Assembly (NCBI GenBank): GCA_964582435.1 | Contig: CAZORY010000001.1 | Coordinates: 1-44,225, forward strand | Direction of reading: 5' to 3' | DNA from: an uncultured Campylobacterales bacterium | GTDB lineage: Bacteria; Campylobacterota; Campylobacteria; Campylobacterales; Hydrogenimonadaceae | DNA length: 44,225 nucleotides | Notes under the pieces: generated by a model | Told to the model about the DNA's origin: nothing | What the model saw: only the letters and a program-made list of their open reading frames with translations | Databases searched by the model: none | Shown here: in pieces, positions 7,925 through 17,991 of the stretch | Position numbering within the stretch: the stretch's first letter is position 1 | Layout of the letters: every line of letters begins with the position of its first letter | Translations under genes and position numbers: made by a program

Positions 7925-9673
7925 ATGCAGTTGAGTGCTTGTCCATTGGATTGTTACGACGCGTGTGCCGTCGTGGTCGATCGAGAAAGTTTGAAAATGA
8001 CCGGATCGCCGAACCACCCGTTCACGAACGGTGCTTTGTGTGTCCATCTCAATCGCCATATGAAAGAGGCCCCGCGTATTCAAAAGCCCCGTATCGACGG
8101 ACAAGAAGTGAGTTTGCAAGAAGCGCTCGAAGCGACGGCCGAGGCGATCGCGTCGGCGGGCGAGGATTTTTTGCTGTATAGAGGCAGTGGCAATGTCGGC
8201 TATATGCAGCGTATAACCGAACTCTTCGTCCACGCCCACGGTGGGTGGACGACGGAAGGCTCGCTTTGTGACGGCGCCGGCCAAGCGGGTGTGGCAGCGG
8301 GACGCGGTGTCTCGTTGGCTTTGACGCCCGAGACGATCGCAGCGGCGGAGACCGTAGTCGTTTGGGGACGCAACGTTTCGGTCACCGACCCGCATATGAT
8401 GAGGTTGTTGGAAGGCAAGACGCTTGTCGTCATCGATCCAGTCAAAACCAAGATCGCCAAAATGGCGGATTTGCATCTGCAAATTCGTCCGAGGAGCGAT
8501 TTTTATCTGGCGATGCTCTTGGGACGTTTCGCTTTCATGGAAGAGATGGACGATCAGGATTTTATGGACGATCGTTGTGAAGATGCGGATTGGTTCTACG
8601 ATTTTTTACGTACTTTCAAAGTGGTCGATTCACTCAAGCATTGCGACATGACGTTGGACGATCTGGGAGATCTGTTGTTGGCGATGCTTCATAAAAAGAC
8701 GGTCTTTCTCGTGGGAACGGGCGTCCAGAAATATACGATCGGCGATCAGGTGCTTCGTGCCATAGATGGTGCGGCGGCCGTGATGGGGATGTTTGGAAAA
8801 CAAGGGTGCGGCGTCAGTTTCCTAGCCGACTCGATGGCGGGCTTCAGCGATCCGATCCCGACCAGTCCCAAAAGGGTCGCCAAACCCATCGCCCCGTTCG
8901 GACGCTTCAAAACGGTCCTGGTGCAAGGAGGCAACCCGCTGGCGCAGATGCCCGGTCTAGCCAGGGTCGAAGAGGAGATGGCCAAGGTCGACGATCTGAT
9001 CTATTTCGGCCTTTACGAAAACGAGACGAGTTCGAAAGCTCGGATCGTTCTGCCGGCCCAGGACTTTTTGGAAAAAGAGGATTTGCGTCTCAGTTACGGT
9101 CATCCATACGTGCAACCGATGCCTAAGATTAAGGAAGCGGATTTCGGAGTGAGCGAATATGAACTGACCCGGTTTTTGATGGAGCGTTTCGGGTACGAAG
9201 GATTGATGCCGGAACGCCACTATATCGACGTGATGTTGGAACAGTGCCGCAAAGAGGGGGAGTGGTATCGATCGCCGGCGTACGATGAGGAGCCTTACGT
9301 CACATCCTTCGCCACCGAGAGCGGTCGATTCGAATTTATCGACGAGTTCGAGGACGATTTCGATCCCGAAGAGGAGGGGCTGTGGCTACTCACGCCCAAG
9401 AGTCCCCATTCTCTCAACAGTCAGTTTCGTAGAGAAGAAGAGGTGTGGCTGCACCCATGCCATGGCTTCGCGGAGCGAGAGAGGATCAAGCTAAGCAGTG
9501 ACTACGGCGAAGTGACGTTGCCGGTACGACTGAGTGACGATCTCCGTCCAGATTGCGTACTCGTCTATGCGGGAACGCCGGGCGTCAACTATCTGACGCC
9601 GCCGATACAGAGTCTGGAGGGAAAAAACGCCTGTTATCAGGAAGTGAAAGTCAAATTGGAGAAGATATCATGA
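7925..9673 (+). CDS. Molybdopterin-dependent oxidoreductase (DMSO reductase superfamily, uncharacterised clade), no Tat signal
   Basis: CPLDCYDAC...GALC [4Fe-4S] motif, GSLCDGAG, VVWGRN, VVIDP, ETS..A.IVLPA, SLNSQF. Confidence 0.88.
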   Translation: MQLSACPLDCYDACAVVVDRESLKMTGSPNHPFTNGALCVHLNRHMKEAPRIQKPRIDGQEVSLQEALEATAEAIASAGEDFLLYRGSGNVGYMQRITELFVHAHGGWTTEGSLCDGAGQAGVAAGRGVSLALTPETIAAAETVVVWGRNVSVTDPHMMRLLEGKTLVVIDPVKTKIAKMADLHLQIRPRSDFYLAMLLGRFAFMEEMDDQDFMDDRCEDADWFYDFLRTFKVVDSLKHCDMTLDDLGDLLLAMLHKKTVFLVGTGVQKYTIGDQVLRAIDGAAAVMGMFGKQGCGVSFLADSMAGFSDPIPTSPKRVAKPIAPFGRFKTVLVQGGNPLAQMPGLARVEEEMAKVDDLIYFGLYENETSSKARIVLPAQDFLEKEDLRLSYGHPYVQPMPKIKEADFGVSEYELTRFLMERFGYEGLMPERHYIDVMLEQCRKEGEWYRSPAYDEEPYVTSFATESGRFEFIDEFEDDFDPEEEGLWLLTPKSPHSLNSQFRREEEVWLHPCHGFAERERIKLSSDYGEVTLPVRLSDDLRPDCVLVYAGTPGVNYLTPPIQSLEGKNACYQEVKVKLEKIS

Positions 9674-10857
9674 CACTCGAATCGATGGATCGGACCTACG
9701 TACTGCCGACCTACGCGAGAAACTACGTCCACTTCGTACGAGGTGAGAATGCCACGCTTTACGACGACGAAGGGCGTGACTATATCGATTTTGGCAGCGG
9801 GATCGCCGTTTGTAGCGTCGGTCATGGCAATCCAAGGTTGGCCGACGCGATTTGCGATCAAGCCAAAAAATTGATCCACACTTCCAATCTATACTTGATC
9901 GAACCGCAGGCCAGATTGGCTAAAAAATTGGCCGAATTGAGTGAAATAGATGGTCAGACCTTTTTCGCCAATAGCGGTGCCGAAGCCAACGAAGGGGCGA
10001 TCAAGATCGCCCGCCGTTACGGCGAGGGGGAGGACGGCTCGATCAAACGTTACAAAATCATCACTCTCGAGCACTCTTTTCACGGGCGGACGATCACGGC
10101 GCTCAAAGCGACGGGTCAGGAGGCGATGCATACCTATTTCGGCCCTTGGCCCGATGGATTCGTCTATGCCAAAGATATCGAACACATCTACGAACTGATC
10201 GACGATCACACCGTGGCCGTGATGATCGAACTGGTCCAGGGCGAAGGGGGCGTGCAGCCCATGGACAAGCGTGCCGTCCAACGTCTAGCGGCTGAACTCA
10301 AACGCAAAGATATTCTCCTCATCGTCGACGAGGTTCAGACAGGTATCTATCGCACGGGCGAAATGCTGGCCAGTAATCTCTACGAGATCACACCCGATAT
10401 CGTGACACTGGCCAAAGGATTGGGGGGCGGAGTCCCGATCGGTGCGATCATGACGACTCTCAAAGGGATTTTGAAAGCAGGCGATCACGGAAGCACCTTT
10501 GGCGGTAATTTCCTCGCGACCCGTGCGGCGTTGGAGGTGCTGGCGATTTTGGAGGAGGCCAAAGAGAGCGGTGTGCTGGACCATCTATTGCTTCGATTCG
10601 AAGCACGGCTCAAAGAGTATGTCAAAAAATACCCCACGCTGTTCGAGAAAGAGGTGGGCTTGGGACTGATGCGGGGTTTGCGGGTCAACGAGGGCTTCGA
10701 TGCGGGCGATATCGTCAAAGCGGCCTTCGATCAAAGAGTGGTAGTACTCAAAGCAGGGCGTAATACGGTGCGTTTCCTACCCGTGTTGACGATGAGCGAA
10801 GAGGAGATGGCGATTGGTTTCGAGCGGTTCGATGCGGCGCTGGCTACTTTGGTGTAG
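9670..10857 (+). CDS. argD: Acetylornithine aminotransferase
   Basis: YIDFGSGIAV, NSGAEANEGAIK, SFHGRT, DEVQTG, TLAKGLGGG, HGSTFGGN; ATGA overlap with upstream stop. Confidence 0.92.
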   Translation: MTLESMDRTYVLPTYARNYVHFVRGENATLYDDEGRDYIDFGSGIAVCSVGHGNPRLADAICDQAKKLIHTSNLYLIEPQARLAKKLAELSEIDGQTFFANSGAEANEGAIKIARRYGEGEDGSIKRYKIITLEHSFHGRTITALKATGQEAMHTYFGPWPDGFVYAKDIEHIYELIDDHTVAVMIELVQGEGGVQPMDKRAVQRLAAELKRKDILLIVDEVQTGIYRTGEMLASNLYEITPDIVTLAKGLGGGVPIGAIMTTLKGILKAGDHGSTFGGNFLATRAALEVLAILEEAKESGVLDHLLLRFEARLKEYVKKYPTLFEKEVGLGLMRGLRVNEGFDAGDIVKAAFDQRVVVLKAGRNTVRFLPVLTMSEEEMAIGFERFDAALATLV

Positions 10858-12028
10858 CGTAGCGTTGCCGCTGGTTGCGAGCGACCCGACCGATCTACTT
10901 TCGACGATCAAAAAACGAGATCTCGAGCTTCAGCGCCAAAAAAACGCCGCCGAAAGTACGCAATTGGAGTTGAGTTGGATCAATCCCGTGACGTTGAGCT
11001 ACACCGATAGCCGCAACGATCAGTTCAAATCGACTCAGAAACGCCGAGAATTGGTCGTCAGCGTCGATCAGCCCATTTTCAAAAGCGGCGGTATCTGGGC
11101 GGCGATCGAATATGCGAAAGCGAACCGTAAAGTCGGAGATCTGACTATCGCGTCTCAAGAGCGTCGTTTGATCAAAGAAGTCGTCGCCGCCCTTTTCAAC
11201 TTGAGAAAGAACACTTTACAGATCGAAAAACAGAAGCTCCTCGTCGCCAACGACCGCATCGATATCGAAAGAAAAAAAGAGCGTTATCTCAGCGGTGATT
11301 TGGATAGCGGTTTTATGGACCAGGCGATTTTGAAAAAAAATCAAGATACGTTGCAACTTTATGCGTTGCAAGATAGCAGAGCGCAGTTGTACAAACGTTT
11401 CAAAGATCTTAGCGACGCCGATCCGACGACCTTGAAGCTACCGACATTCCAACTGATGAGTAAAGAGGCTTTCTTGAAACGCCATATCGACGTGACGTTA
11501 GAAAAAGAGAAGGTGGAAAAAAGGGATTATTTCAAGACGATGACCTATGCGCGTTACCTTCCAACCTTGAGTTTGCAAGCCAGTTACGTCAAACCTTACG
11601 AAAACAATTTCTACTACACGGGCGGCAATCTTTTCGACTTGACGCACGATTACCATACCTACGGTTTTCGCATTACGATGCCTGTCGACATCAACAGCCT
11701 CTATACGATCGAATCGGCCAAAGTCGATTATCTATCGGCCAAAGTCGCGCTCCTGGATCGAAGACGAGAAGCCGGCAACACCTACGAAGCGGCCCTGAAG
11801 CGGCTCGACGTCCTCGAACGGATGATCGCCTTGGCCAAAGAGGACGAAAGACTCTATACATCATTGGTCGACAGTACTCAAGAAAAGCTCGAAGCCGGTG
11901 AATTGACGGTCTACGATCTAAAGACAATGAAAAACTCCAAAAAAATACGTCAGATCGACCAAAGGATCTTTGCGATCGACAAACAGCTCGTATTGCTCGA
12001 TCTTTTCGAAAAGTACGGTCGAGAGTGA
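10832..12028 (+). CDS. TolC-family outer-membrane channel
   Basis: Signal peptide MRRWLLW; VSVDQPIFKSGG, YLPTLSLQASY, GFRITMP; coiled coils. Confidence 0.8.
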   Translation: MRRWLLWCSVALPLVASDPTDLLSTIKKRDLELQRQKNAAESTQLELSWINPVTLSYTDSRNDQFKSTQKRRELVVSVDQPIFKSGGIWAAIEYAKANRKVGDLTIASQERRLIKEVVAALFNLRKNTLQIEKQKLLVANDRIDIERKKERYLSGDLDSGFMDQAILKKNQDTLQLYALQDSRAQLYKRFKDLSDADPTTLKLPTFQLMSKEAFLKRHIDVTLEKEKVEKRDYFKTMTYARYLPTLSLQASYVKPYENNFYYTGGNLFDLTHDYHTYGFRITMPVDINSLYTIESAKVDYLSAKVALLDRRREAGNTYEAALKRLDVLERMIALAKEDERLYTSLVDSTQEKLEAGELTVYDLKTMKNSKKIRQIDQRIFAIDKQLVLLDLFEKYGRE

Positions 12029-12080
12029 AAAGTCTTCGTCGGTACCCCAAAGAGTGAACGACGGTCGGTGAGGAGTCGAT

Positions 12081-13088
12081 TTGAAAAGTTTCAGTGAATA
12101 TATGAACGAGTGGCTCTATGGCCCCGATGGCTACTATGCGCGCTACAAAGCGATCGGCAAGGAAGGGGATTTCTTTACGGCAGTGAGTACCAGTCGTTTT
12201 TTCGGAGCGACGATCGCCCACTACATGATAGGAATGATCGACAAGGGCGTGCTCTCACCCGATGCGACACTGGTCGAAATTGGTGCGCATCGAGGTTATC
12301 TGTTGGCCGATATGATCCGTTGGATCGCCCATGAATCGCCGGAACTGCTGGAGACGATGCGATTCGTTATCGTCGAGCGTTTCGCGGCGTTGCAGTCGAT
12401 ACAAAAAGAGTACTTTCACACCCAGTTCGGCGAAGCGATACCGCTCGAACACGTCACCGATCCCCGACTGATCGGTGCCAAAGAGGCCTTCGTTGTCGCC
12501 AATGAAATTTTCGATGCCTTCGGTTGCGATCTTTTGTACAAAGGCAAAACGGCACTGGTGGACGAGGCCCATAAGATTCGATTCGAAGGGGAGGATGAGC
12601 AGGTCTTGGCGATCGCCGAGAGATATGGCCGTATCAAGGGGGAGATCGCTAGGGGATACGAAAGTTTCGCCGCCGGACTCTTCGAAGGGGCGAAAAAGAT
12701 GCTTTTCGTGACGTTCGATTATGGAGAGAAAGAGCCTAGAGACGATTTTTCGATCCGAATTTACAAGGGGCACGAGGTCCATCCGCTTTTCGAGGAGGGA
12801 CTGGATCTTAGAGAATATTTCGGCCAAAGCGATATCACGTACGATGTCCATTTTCAGCATCTTTTCGATGCATTCGAGAGTGCCGGATTCACCAAGTATG
12901 CCTATAAAACCCAGTTGCGTGCCCTGACCGAGATGGGATTGCCCGATCTGTTGCAGCAGTTGGCCGATCGCGGCGATCAGGCCCTCTATCTCAGAGAGCT
13001 CAACAAAGTCAAAACCTTAATCGACCCTCAAGTGATGGGGGAGCGTTTCAAAATGGTGGAGTTTCGTAAAAATATCGAGATAGAATAA
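12081..13088 (+). CDS. SAM-dependent methyltransferase, MidA/NDUFAF7 family
   Basis: FSEYM..LY...GYY, GDFFTA, VEIGAHRG, ANEIFDAF, FDYG, DITYDV, MGERFK; TTG start with GAGGAG. Confidence 0.9.
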   Translation: MKSFSEYMNEWLYGPDGYYARYKAIGKEGDFFTAVSTSRFFGATIAHYMIGMIDKGVLSPDATLVEIGAHRGYLLADMIRWIAHESPELLETMRFVIVERFAALQSIQKEYFHTQFGEAIPLEHVTDPRLIGAKEAFVVANEIFDAFGCDLLYKGKTALVDEAHKIRFEGEDEQVLAIAERYGRIKGEIARGYESFAAGLFEGAKKMLFVTFDYGEKEPRDDFSIRIYKGHEVHPLFEEGLDLREYFGQSDITYDVHFQHLFDAFESAGFTKYAYKTQLRALTEMGLPDLLQQLADRGDQALYLRELNKVKTLIDPQVMGERFKMVEFRKNIEIE

Positions 13089-13092
13089 AGAT

Positions 13093-13686
13093 ATGAAAAA
13101 GATAATATTTCTACTCTCTTTCCTCTCGGTATTCGGTTTGGCGGACAAGGTGAATGGGTGGAAACCCTTACACGAGGCGGTTTTCGGTGACGATCTCAAA
13201 AAGGTCGCTTCTATTCTCGCATGTAAAAGTTGTGACATCGACGCCCAGTCGAAAGCCGGTATCACACCTTTGCATATCGCCGTCAAGACTCGAAACTTTC
13301 CCATGGTACGTTACTTGGTCGAACATGGCGCCGACGTCGATATGCAAGACAACAATGGATATACCCCTTTGTTGTACGCCATCTCCCAGCGCCGCTTCAA
13401 AATCGTACGTTATCTGGTACTTCACGATGCCGACGTGAATCTGCCCAACAATGCCGGTATCACACCGTTGCAACAAGCGGCCTATAGCAACGACTTTCGA
13501 ATCGTCGATTTTTTGATCGACCATGGTGCGGATGTGGAAGCACTCAACAAAAACGGGATCAACGCTTGCGAACTGGCCTATATCAAAGGCAATTTCGCGA
13601 TGGCCCACCATTTGATTCCGTATACCGAGGGGATTTGCGGCAAATATGTCGATGAATTGAAAGCAGTGAAAAAGGAGAAGAGATGA
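13093..13686 (+). CDS. Exported ankyrin-repeat protein
   Basis: Signal peptide; 4-5 repeats (GWKPLHEA, GITPLHIA, GYTPLLYA, GITPLQQA) with GADV..D/N linkers. Confidence 0.92.
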   Translation: MKKIIFLLSFLSVFGLADKVNGWKPLHEAVFGDDLKKVASILACKSCDIDAQSKAGITPLHIAVKTRNFPMVRYLVEHGADVDMQDNNGYTPLLYAISQRRFKIVRYLVLHDADVNLPNNAGITPLQQAAYSNDFRIVDFLIDHGADVEALNKNGINACELAYIKGNFAMAHHLIPYTEGICGKYVDELKAVKKEKR

Positions 13687-13883
13687 CGGTGATCGTCAAT
13701 GGTGAAAAAAAGAGTTTCAAGGAGGGGACGACGCTCGGTCGAATGATCGAAACGTTGGGGATCGCCGACAAGGTGATGGCGGCGGCTGTCAATATGGAAG
13801 TCGTGAAAAAAGAGCAATGGGAGACGTTCCAGCCCAAAGAGGGGGACAAGATCGAATTGCTTCACTTCGTCGGAGGGGGTTGA
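13683..13883 (+). CDS. thiS: Sulfur carrier protein ThiS
   Basis: 66 aa, VNG, AVN..VV, GDKIELLHFVGGG C-terminus. Confidence 0.93.
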   Translation: MTVIVNGEKKSFKEGTTLGRMIETLGIADKVMAAAVNMEVVKKEQWETFQPKEGDKIELLHFVGGG

Positions 13884-13906
13884 ACCTTAGAAGTTGGAGC
13901 GGCGAT

Positions 13907-14257
13907 TCACCGCGTCTCGATCGCGGCCACGGCGATGGCGAAGCCCCCGTCGTGGGCGATGGAAAGGGATGTGCTTTGGATCGCGAATCGTTCGACGATC
14001 CCGTCGGGAAGGGTGAAGTAGGGTGCGCCTTTTTCCGTTTTGCTCAAACGGATATCGTGAAAGGATAATTCGCTTCCGATGCCGGTACCGAGGGATTTGG
14101 CGATCGCCTCTTTGGCGGCCCAGAAGCCTGCCGCGGTTTGAGGGTTTTTGACGAGAGTTATCTCCTCTTCGCTCAAAAAACGTCGTAAAAAGCGCTCCCC
14201 ATATTTTTCGAGAGAGTTTTCGATACGCTCGACGACGACGATATCGACACCGATCAT
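13907..14257 (-). CDS. acpS: Holo-ACP synthase
   Basis: IGVDIV, FWAAKEAIAKSLGTG, LSIAHD. Confidence 0.94.
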   Translation of the reverse strand: MIGVDIVVVERIENSLEKYGERFLRRFLSEEEITLVKNPQTAAGFWAAKEAIAKSLGTGIGSELSFHDIRLSKTEKGAPYFTLPDGIVERFAIQSTSLSIAHDGGFAIAVAAIETR

Positions 14258-14781
14258 TGGATGACGAATTCCGTAAAATAGACATGCCTTATTTCACCGT
14301 CGTCGAGATGGCGGTTGATTTGGGCGATGATCTCCTCTTTCAACTTCTCTTTACCTTTTGCCGTGGTGATCTCCTCGACCGTTTTGGAGGAGAGAATGGA
14401 GATGACGATGTCACGTATCATCGGAGTTTTCTTGTCCAATTCAGGCGTGAGTTCCTCACTGTCCTCTTCTAGATTCATCTTGACGACGAGATAGCGCCGC
14501 CCGTTTTCACTCATCAAATTGACGGTAAATTTATCCAGTGGATACATCGGTCCGACCGCCAGATCGTCACCGTTTCGACGATGTTTCTTTTCGACTTTCT
14601 CTTGCTTGACACTCGTACCGTCCGCACTTTCGTCGTCTCCGGAAAGCATCAAGTAGGCGACGACTCCTCCGATCGCCAGGACGAGTACCAGGAGCACGAC
14701 GATGATGATCAAGACCACGTTACTACCGCCGGAGCTTTTCTTCTCCTCTTCTTGCGTCTCTTCTTTCTCTTCTTCAGCCAT
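14254..14781 (-). CDS. fliL: Flagellar basal body-associated protein FliL
   Basis: Acidic N-terminus, single TM, FTVNL, IRDIVISILSSK, GKEKLKEEI, VYFTEFVIQ. Confidence 0.93.
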   Translation of the reverse strand: MAEEEKEETQEEEKKSSGGSNVVLIIIVVLLVLVLAIGGVVAYLMLSGDDESADGTSVKQEKVEKKHRRNGDDLAVGPMYPLDKFTVNLMSENGRRYLVVKMNLEEDSEELTPELDKKTPMIRDIVISILSSKTVEEITTAKGKEKLKEEIIAQINRHLDDGEIRHVYFTEFVIQ

Positions 14782-14910
14782 ACCTATTTCCTTCCCTGGT
14801 GGTTTGTTTCTGATGGTTTGGGATAGTATCGGCACAATCGTGTTTGAGTTGAGCTATTATACCGATTCAGGGCTTTTTGGCTAAAATAGTGAAAAAAAAG
14901 GGCCGAAAGG

Positions 14911-15720
14911 GTGTTGGTGTTTGGTTGGATAGAAGATTTTTTTGCCTGGATTGGACGGCCTTTCATGGGTTTGTATCGAGCGATGGATGCGTTTGGTCGT
15001 TTCATCGTTTTTCAAATGGGTTTGTTGCCTTTGTATTTCCGGCCGCCCTATCGTATCCGTGAATTTTTTCGTCAGGCCGATAGTATCGGGATCGGAACGT
15101 TGGGCGTCATTTTGTTGACCGCGCTCTTTACGGGATTGGTGGAAGCGATCCAACTCTATCACGGTTTTCACCGTTTCGGGGCCGAAAATTTCATGGGATA
15201 TACGATTTTCGTCTCCATATCCAGGGAGCTTGGTCCCGTTTTCGCCGCGTTGATGTTGACATCTCGGGCGATCAGTGCCATGGCGGCGGAGTTGGGGACG
15301 ATGCGGGTAACCGAACAGATCGATGCGATCGAAACGCTGGCCGTCGACTCGAAAAAGTATCTCATCATTCCAAGAATTTTGGCGACGACTCTCTCCTTGC
15401 CGTTGTTGGTGATCGTCTTCGATTTCGTCGGGAACGTCAGCGCCTATTTGATCTCTACCGAAGCGTTGGGTGTCAATCCGGTGGCTTATCGCGATACGAT
15501 CACGCAATATTTGGAGTTCGCAGATATCGGTACGGGGGTTCTCAAGGCGGTGGTTTTCGGATTTTTGGTAAGTAGTATCGGTACCTATCTGGGCTACGTG
15601 GCCCGTGGGGGTGCGAGGGGCGTGGGACAAGCCACGACGGCAGCGGTGGTTTACGCCGCTATCACGATCTTCGCGGCCAACTATTTCCTCTCGTCTCTAT
15701 TTTTGTTGCTCAACTGGTAG
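14911..15720 (+). CDS. mlaE: MlaE-family ABC permease
   Basis: RELGPVFAALM, AELGTMRVTEQIDA, YLIIPR, GGARGVG.ATT.AVV; start approximate. Confidence 0.9.
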   Translation: MLVFGWIEDFFAWIGRPFMGLYRAMDAFGRFIVFQMGLLPLYFRPPYRIREFFRQADSIGIGTLGVILLTALFTGLVEAIQLYHGFHRFGAENFMGYTIFVSISRELGPVFAALMLTSRAISAMAAELGTMRVTEQIDAIETLAVDSKKYLIIPRILATTLSLPLLVIVFDFVGNVSAYLISTEALGVNPVAYRDTITQYLEFADIGTGVLKAVVFGFLVSSIGTYLGYVARGGARGVGQATTAAVVYAAITIFAANYFLSSLFLLLNW

Positions 15721-15728
15721 CCATCGGT

Positions 15729-16007
15729 TCACTCGCATCGATCGATACCAAGTTTTTCGATCAACGCGTCGATGAAAGGTCCGGCCTCTTTGTCGTAATC
15801 GTCGTGAAATTCGATGGAGACGATACCGCGGCCTTCCCCCTCTTCGATCGTAGAGATCTCTACCTGGCACTCTTTGCGATAGGGTGTTTGGGCGATGGCC
15901 TGGAGGATCGTGTGCTTTTGTCGGTCGTCGCGATAGAGAAGTTCGAGCTTCTCGTAGCGCTCTTCGTGGGAGTGGATGGCGGTGATGGCGTCGAGTATGT
16001 CGGACAT
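15729..16007 (-). CDS. Hypothetical protein (92 aa), paralogue of 22019-22327
   Basis: Shared motifs EERYE.L, ILQAI, IEF.DDYDKE, KLGID.CE; start MSDILD. Confidence 0.8.
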   Translation of the reverse strand: MSDILDAITAIHSHEERYEKLELLYRDDRQKHTILQAIAQTPYRKECQVEISTIEEGEGRGIVSIEFHDDYDKEAGPFIDALIEKLGIDRCE

Positions 16008-16069
16008 ATGGACTCTTTCTAATCGGTGGTAGTATAAAATATGGGCGAGATTATAGCAAAAGGATCGCA

Positions 16070-16624
16070 ATGAACTTTTTATTCGATAGCCGCTCTCATT
16101 TCAATCTGGCCAACCTCTTTACGATGGTCAACATCACGTGTGGTTTGGCGGCGACCTACTTGATCACTCAAAAAGATTTTTTCGATGCTATCGTCCTGGC
16201 GTGGATTGGGGGTGCTTTCGACATCTTCGATGGGAAGATCGCTCGAAAATTTCGTATATCCAACGAATTTGGGATCCAGCTCGATTCGTTCGCGGATTTT
16301 CTCTCTTTCGTCCTGGTGCCGGTTTTTCTCATTTTTCAAGCGGTATACGCCTCTTTAACGGGTGGTTGGTTTTTTGTCGCGGCCATCGTGAGTATCTACT
16401 ACGTCATCAGCGGGCTAAGACGTTTGATCCAGTTCAATCTCGATGCCGAAGCGGGGGAAGTGGGAAAATTTTTCGTCGGCATACCGACACCATTGGGAGC
16501 CATCTTGTTATGGTTCGTCTATTTAGGATACACCTACGATGTTTTGCCGGCACAAGGAGTGATGGTACTGATGGTGCTCGTCGGTTGGGCCCTCAATAGC
16601 AAAATCAGAGTGCCCCATCCTTAA
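16070..16624 (+). CDS. CDP-alcohol phosphatidyltransferase (PssA-like)
   Basis: AN.FT..N, FDIFDGKIAR...EFGIQLDSFADFLSF, F.GIPTP. Confidence 0.88.
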   Translation: MNFLFDSRSHFNLANLFTMVNITCGLAATYLITQKDFFDAIVLAWIGGAFDIFDGKIARKFRISNEFGIQLDSFADFLSFVLVPVFLIFQAVYASLTGGWFFVAAIVSIYYVISGLRRLIQFNLDAEAGEVGKFFVGIPTPLGAILLWFVYLGYTYDVLPAQGVMVLMVLVGWALNSKIRVPHP

Positions 16625-16640
16625 GAAAGAAGGGTGGATA

Positions 16641-17990
16641 TTACATCCACTCCACCACTTTGGCGACCTCTTCGGCGCCGAAGCATTTGATCGGGGTTTT
16701 GAAAGTCGGTTTTTTTGCGACGATCGCTTTGGTGAAACCCAGGGTGTGCGCTTCTCGAAGGCGTTGTTCGAGATGGAAGACTTCGCGAATGTCGCCGATG
16801 AGGCTGACTTCTCCGATGAAGACGCTCTCGCCGCTTAAGGGCCTGTTGCGAAAGGAGCTGATAATGGCGGCGATGATCGCCAAGTCGGCCGCCGGCTCGG
16901 CGATTTTGATGCCTCCCGCGATATTGACGAATACGTCGTACTGACCGAAAGGCAGGTCCAGTTTCTTTTCCAAAAGTGCGAGCAGCATCGTCAGACGACT
17001 GGCATCGAAACCCGTCGTCGAGCGTTTGGGATTCCCGTAGCCGCTCTCGGCGACGAGGGCTTGGACTTCGATGACGAGAGGTCGTGTCCCTTCCATCACG
17101 ACCGTCACGGCACTGCCCGCTTGGGGTTTTCCGCGAGTGAAGAATTTGGCGGCGATATTCTCGGCGCTGGCGAGTCCATGTTCCGTCATTTCGAAAATCC
17201 CTACTTCACTGGTACTGCCGAAACGGTTTTTGAAGGCTCGCAACATCCGTATCTCCCTACTGGCGTCTCCTTCGAAGTAGAGAACGGTATCGACCATATG
17301 CTCGAGGACTCTGGGACCGGCGATGGAACCCTCTTTCGTGATATGGCCGATGATGAAGATTGGTAGCTGCTTCTCTTTGGCCAGGCGCATCAAGTCGAAA
17401 GTGATCGTTCGCACTTGGGTGACACTGCCGGGTGCCGACGGAATCGCGTCGGAGTAGATGGTCTGAATCGAATCGACGATGATGAGATCGTAGGACCCTT
17501 GTGCCAGTTCGGCTTGGATCGCTTCCAAGCGGATTTCACCCAGTAGATAGAGATTTTCATGGTTGGCACCCAAACGATTGGCCCGCATTTTGATCTGTCC
17601 ACCGGACTCTTCACCGCTGACATAGAGGATCTTTTTGCCTTGGGCGGCGAGATTGCCGCCGATTTTGAGCAAAAGGGTCGATTTGCCGATCCCGGGACTT
17701 CCGCCGATCAGTACCAGCGAACCCGGAACGATCCCCCCGCCCAATACCAGATCGAGTTCCCGGTCGCCGCTGCTAAAACGGCTGACCTCCTCCTCTTCGA
17801 TCTGGGTGATCGGTGTCGCTTTGGCGGTATGCGAGGCGAGAGAACGACTCGTTTCGTCGAGCACCTTGATCTGTTCGGCGCTGAGTTCGACGAAGCTCTC
17901 CCACGCCCCGCAGTTCGGACACTTGCCCATCCATCGAGGACTTTGCATCCCACAAGCTTGACACTCGTAAAGGGTGCGTTTTTTGGCCAT
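16641..17990 (-). CDS. radA: DNA repair protein RadA/Sms
   Basis: C4 zinc finger, GSPGIGKSTLL, KNRFG, Lon-like C-terminal domain. Confidence 0.97.
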   Translation of the reverse strand: MAKKRTLYECQACGMQSPRWMGKCPNCGAWESFVELSAEQIKVLDETSRSLASHTAKATPITQIEEEEVSRFSSGDRELDLVLGGGIVPGSLVLIGGSPGIGKSTLLLKIGGNLAAQGKKILYVSGEESGGQIKMRANRLGANHENLYLLGEIRLEAIQAELAQGSYDLIIVDSIQTIYSDAIPSAPGSVTQVRTITFDLMRLAKEKQLPIFIIGHITKEGSIAGPRVLEHMVDTVLYFEGDASREIRMLRAFKNRFGSTSEVGIFEMTEHGLASAENIAAKFFTRGKPQAGSAVTVVMEGTRPLVIEVQALVAESGYGNPKRSTTGFDASRLTMLLALLEKKLDLPFGQYDVFVNIAGGIKIAEPAADLAIIAAIISSFRNRPLSGESVFIGEVSLIGDIREVFHLEQRLREAHTLGFTKAIVAKKPTFKTPIKCFGAEEVAKVVEWM

Positions 17991-17991
17991 T

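Noticed and set aside
13907-14257. acpS as part of the mutase/ligase biosynthetic cluster
   Set aside because: It is 8 kb away and sits in the usual housekeeping fliL-acpS arrangement.
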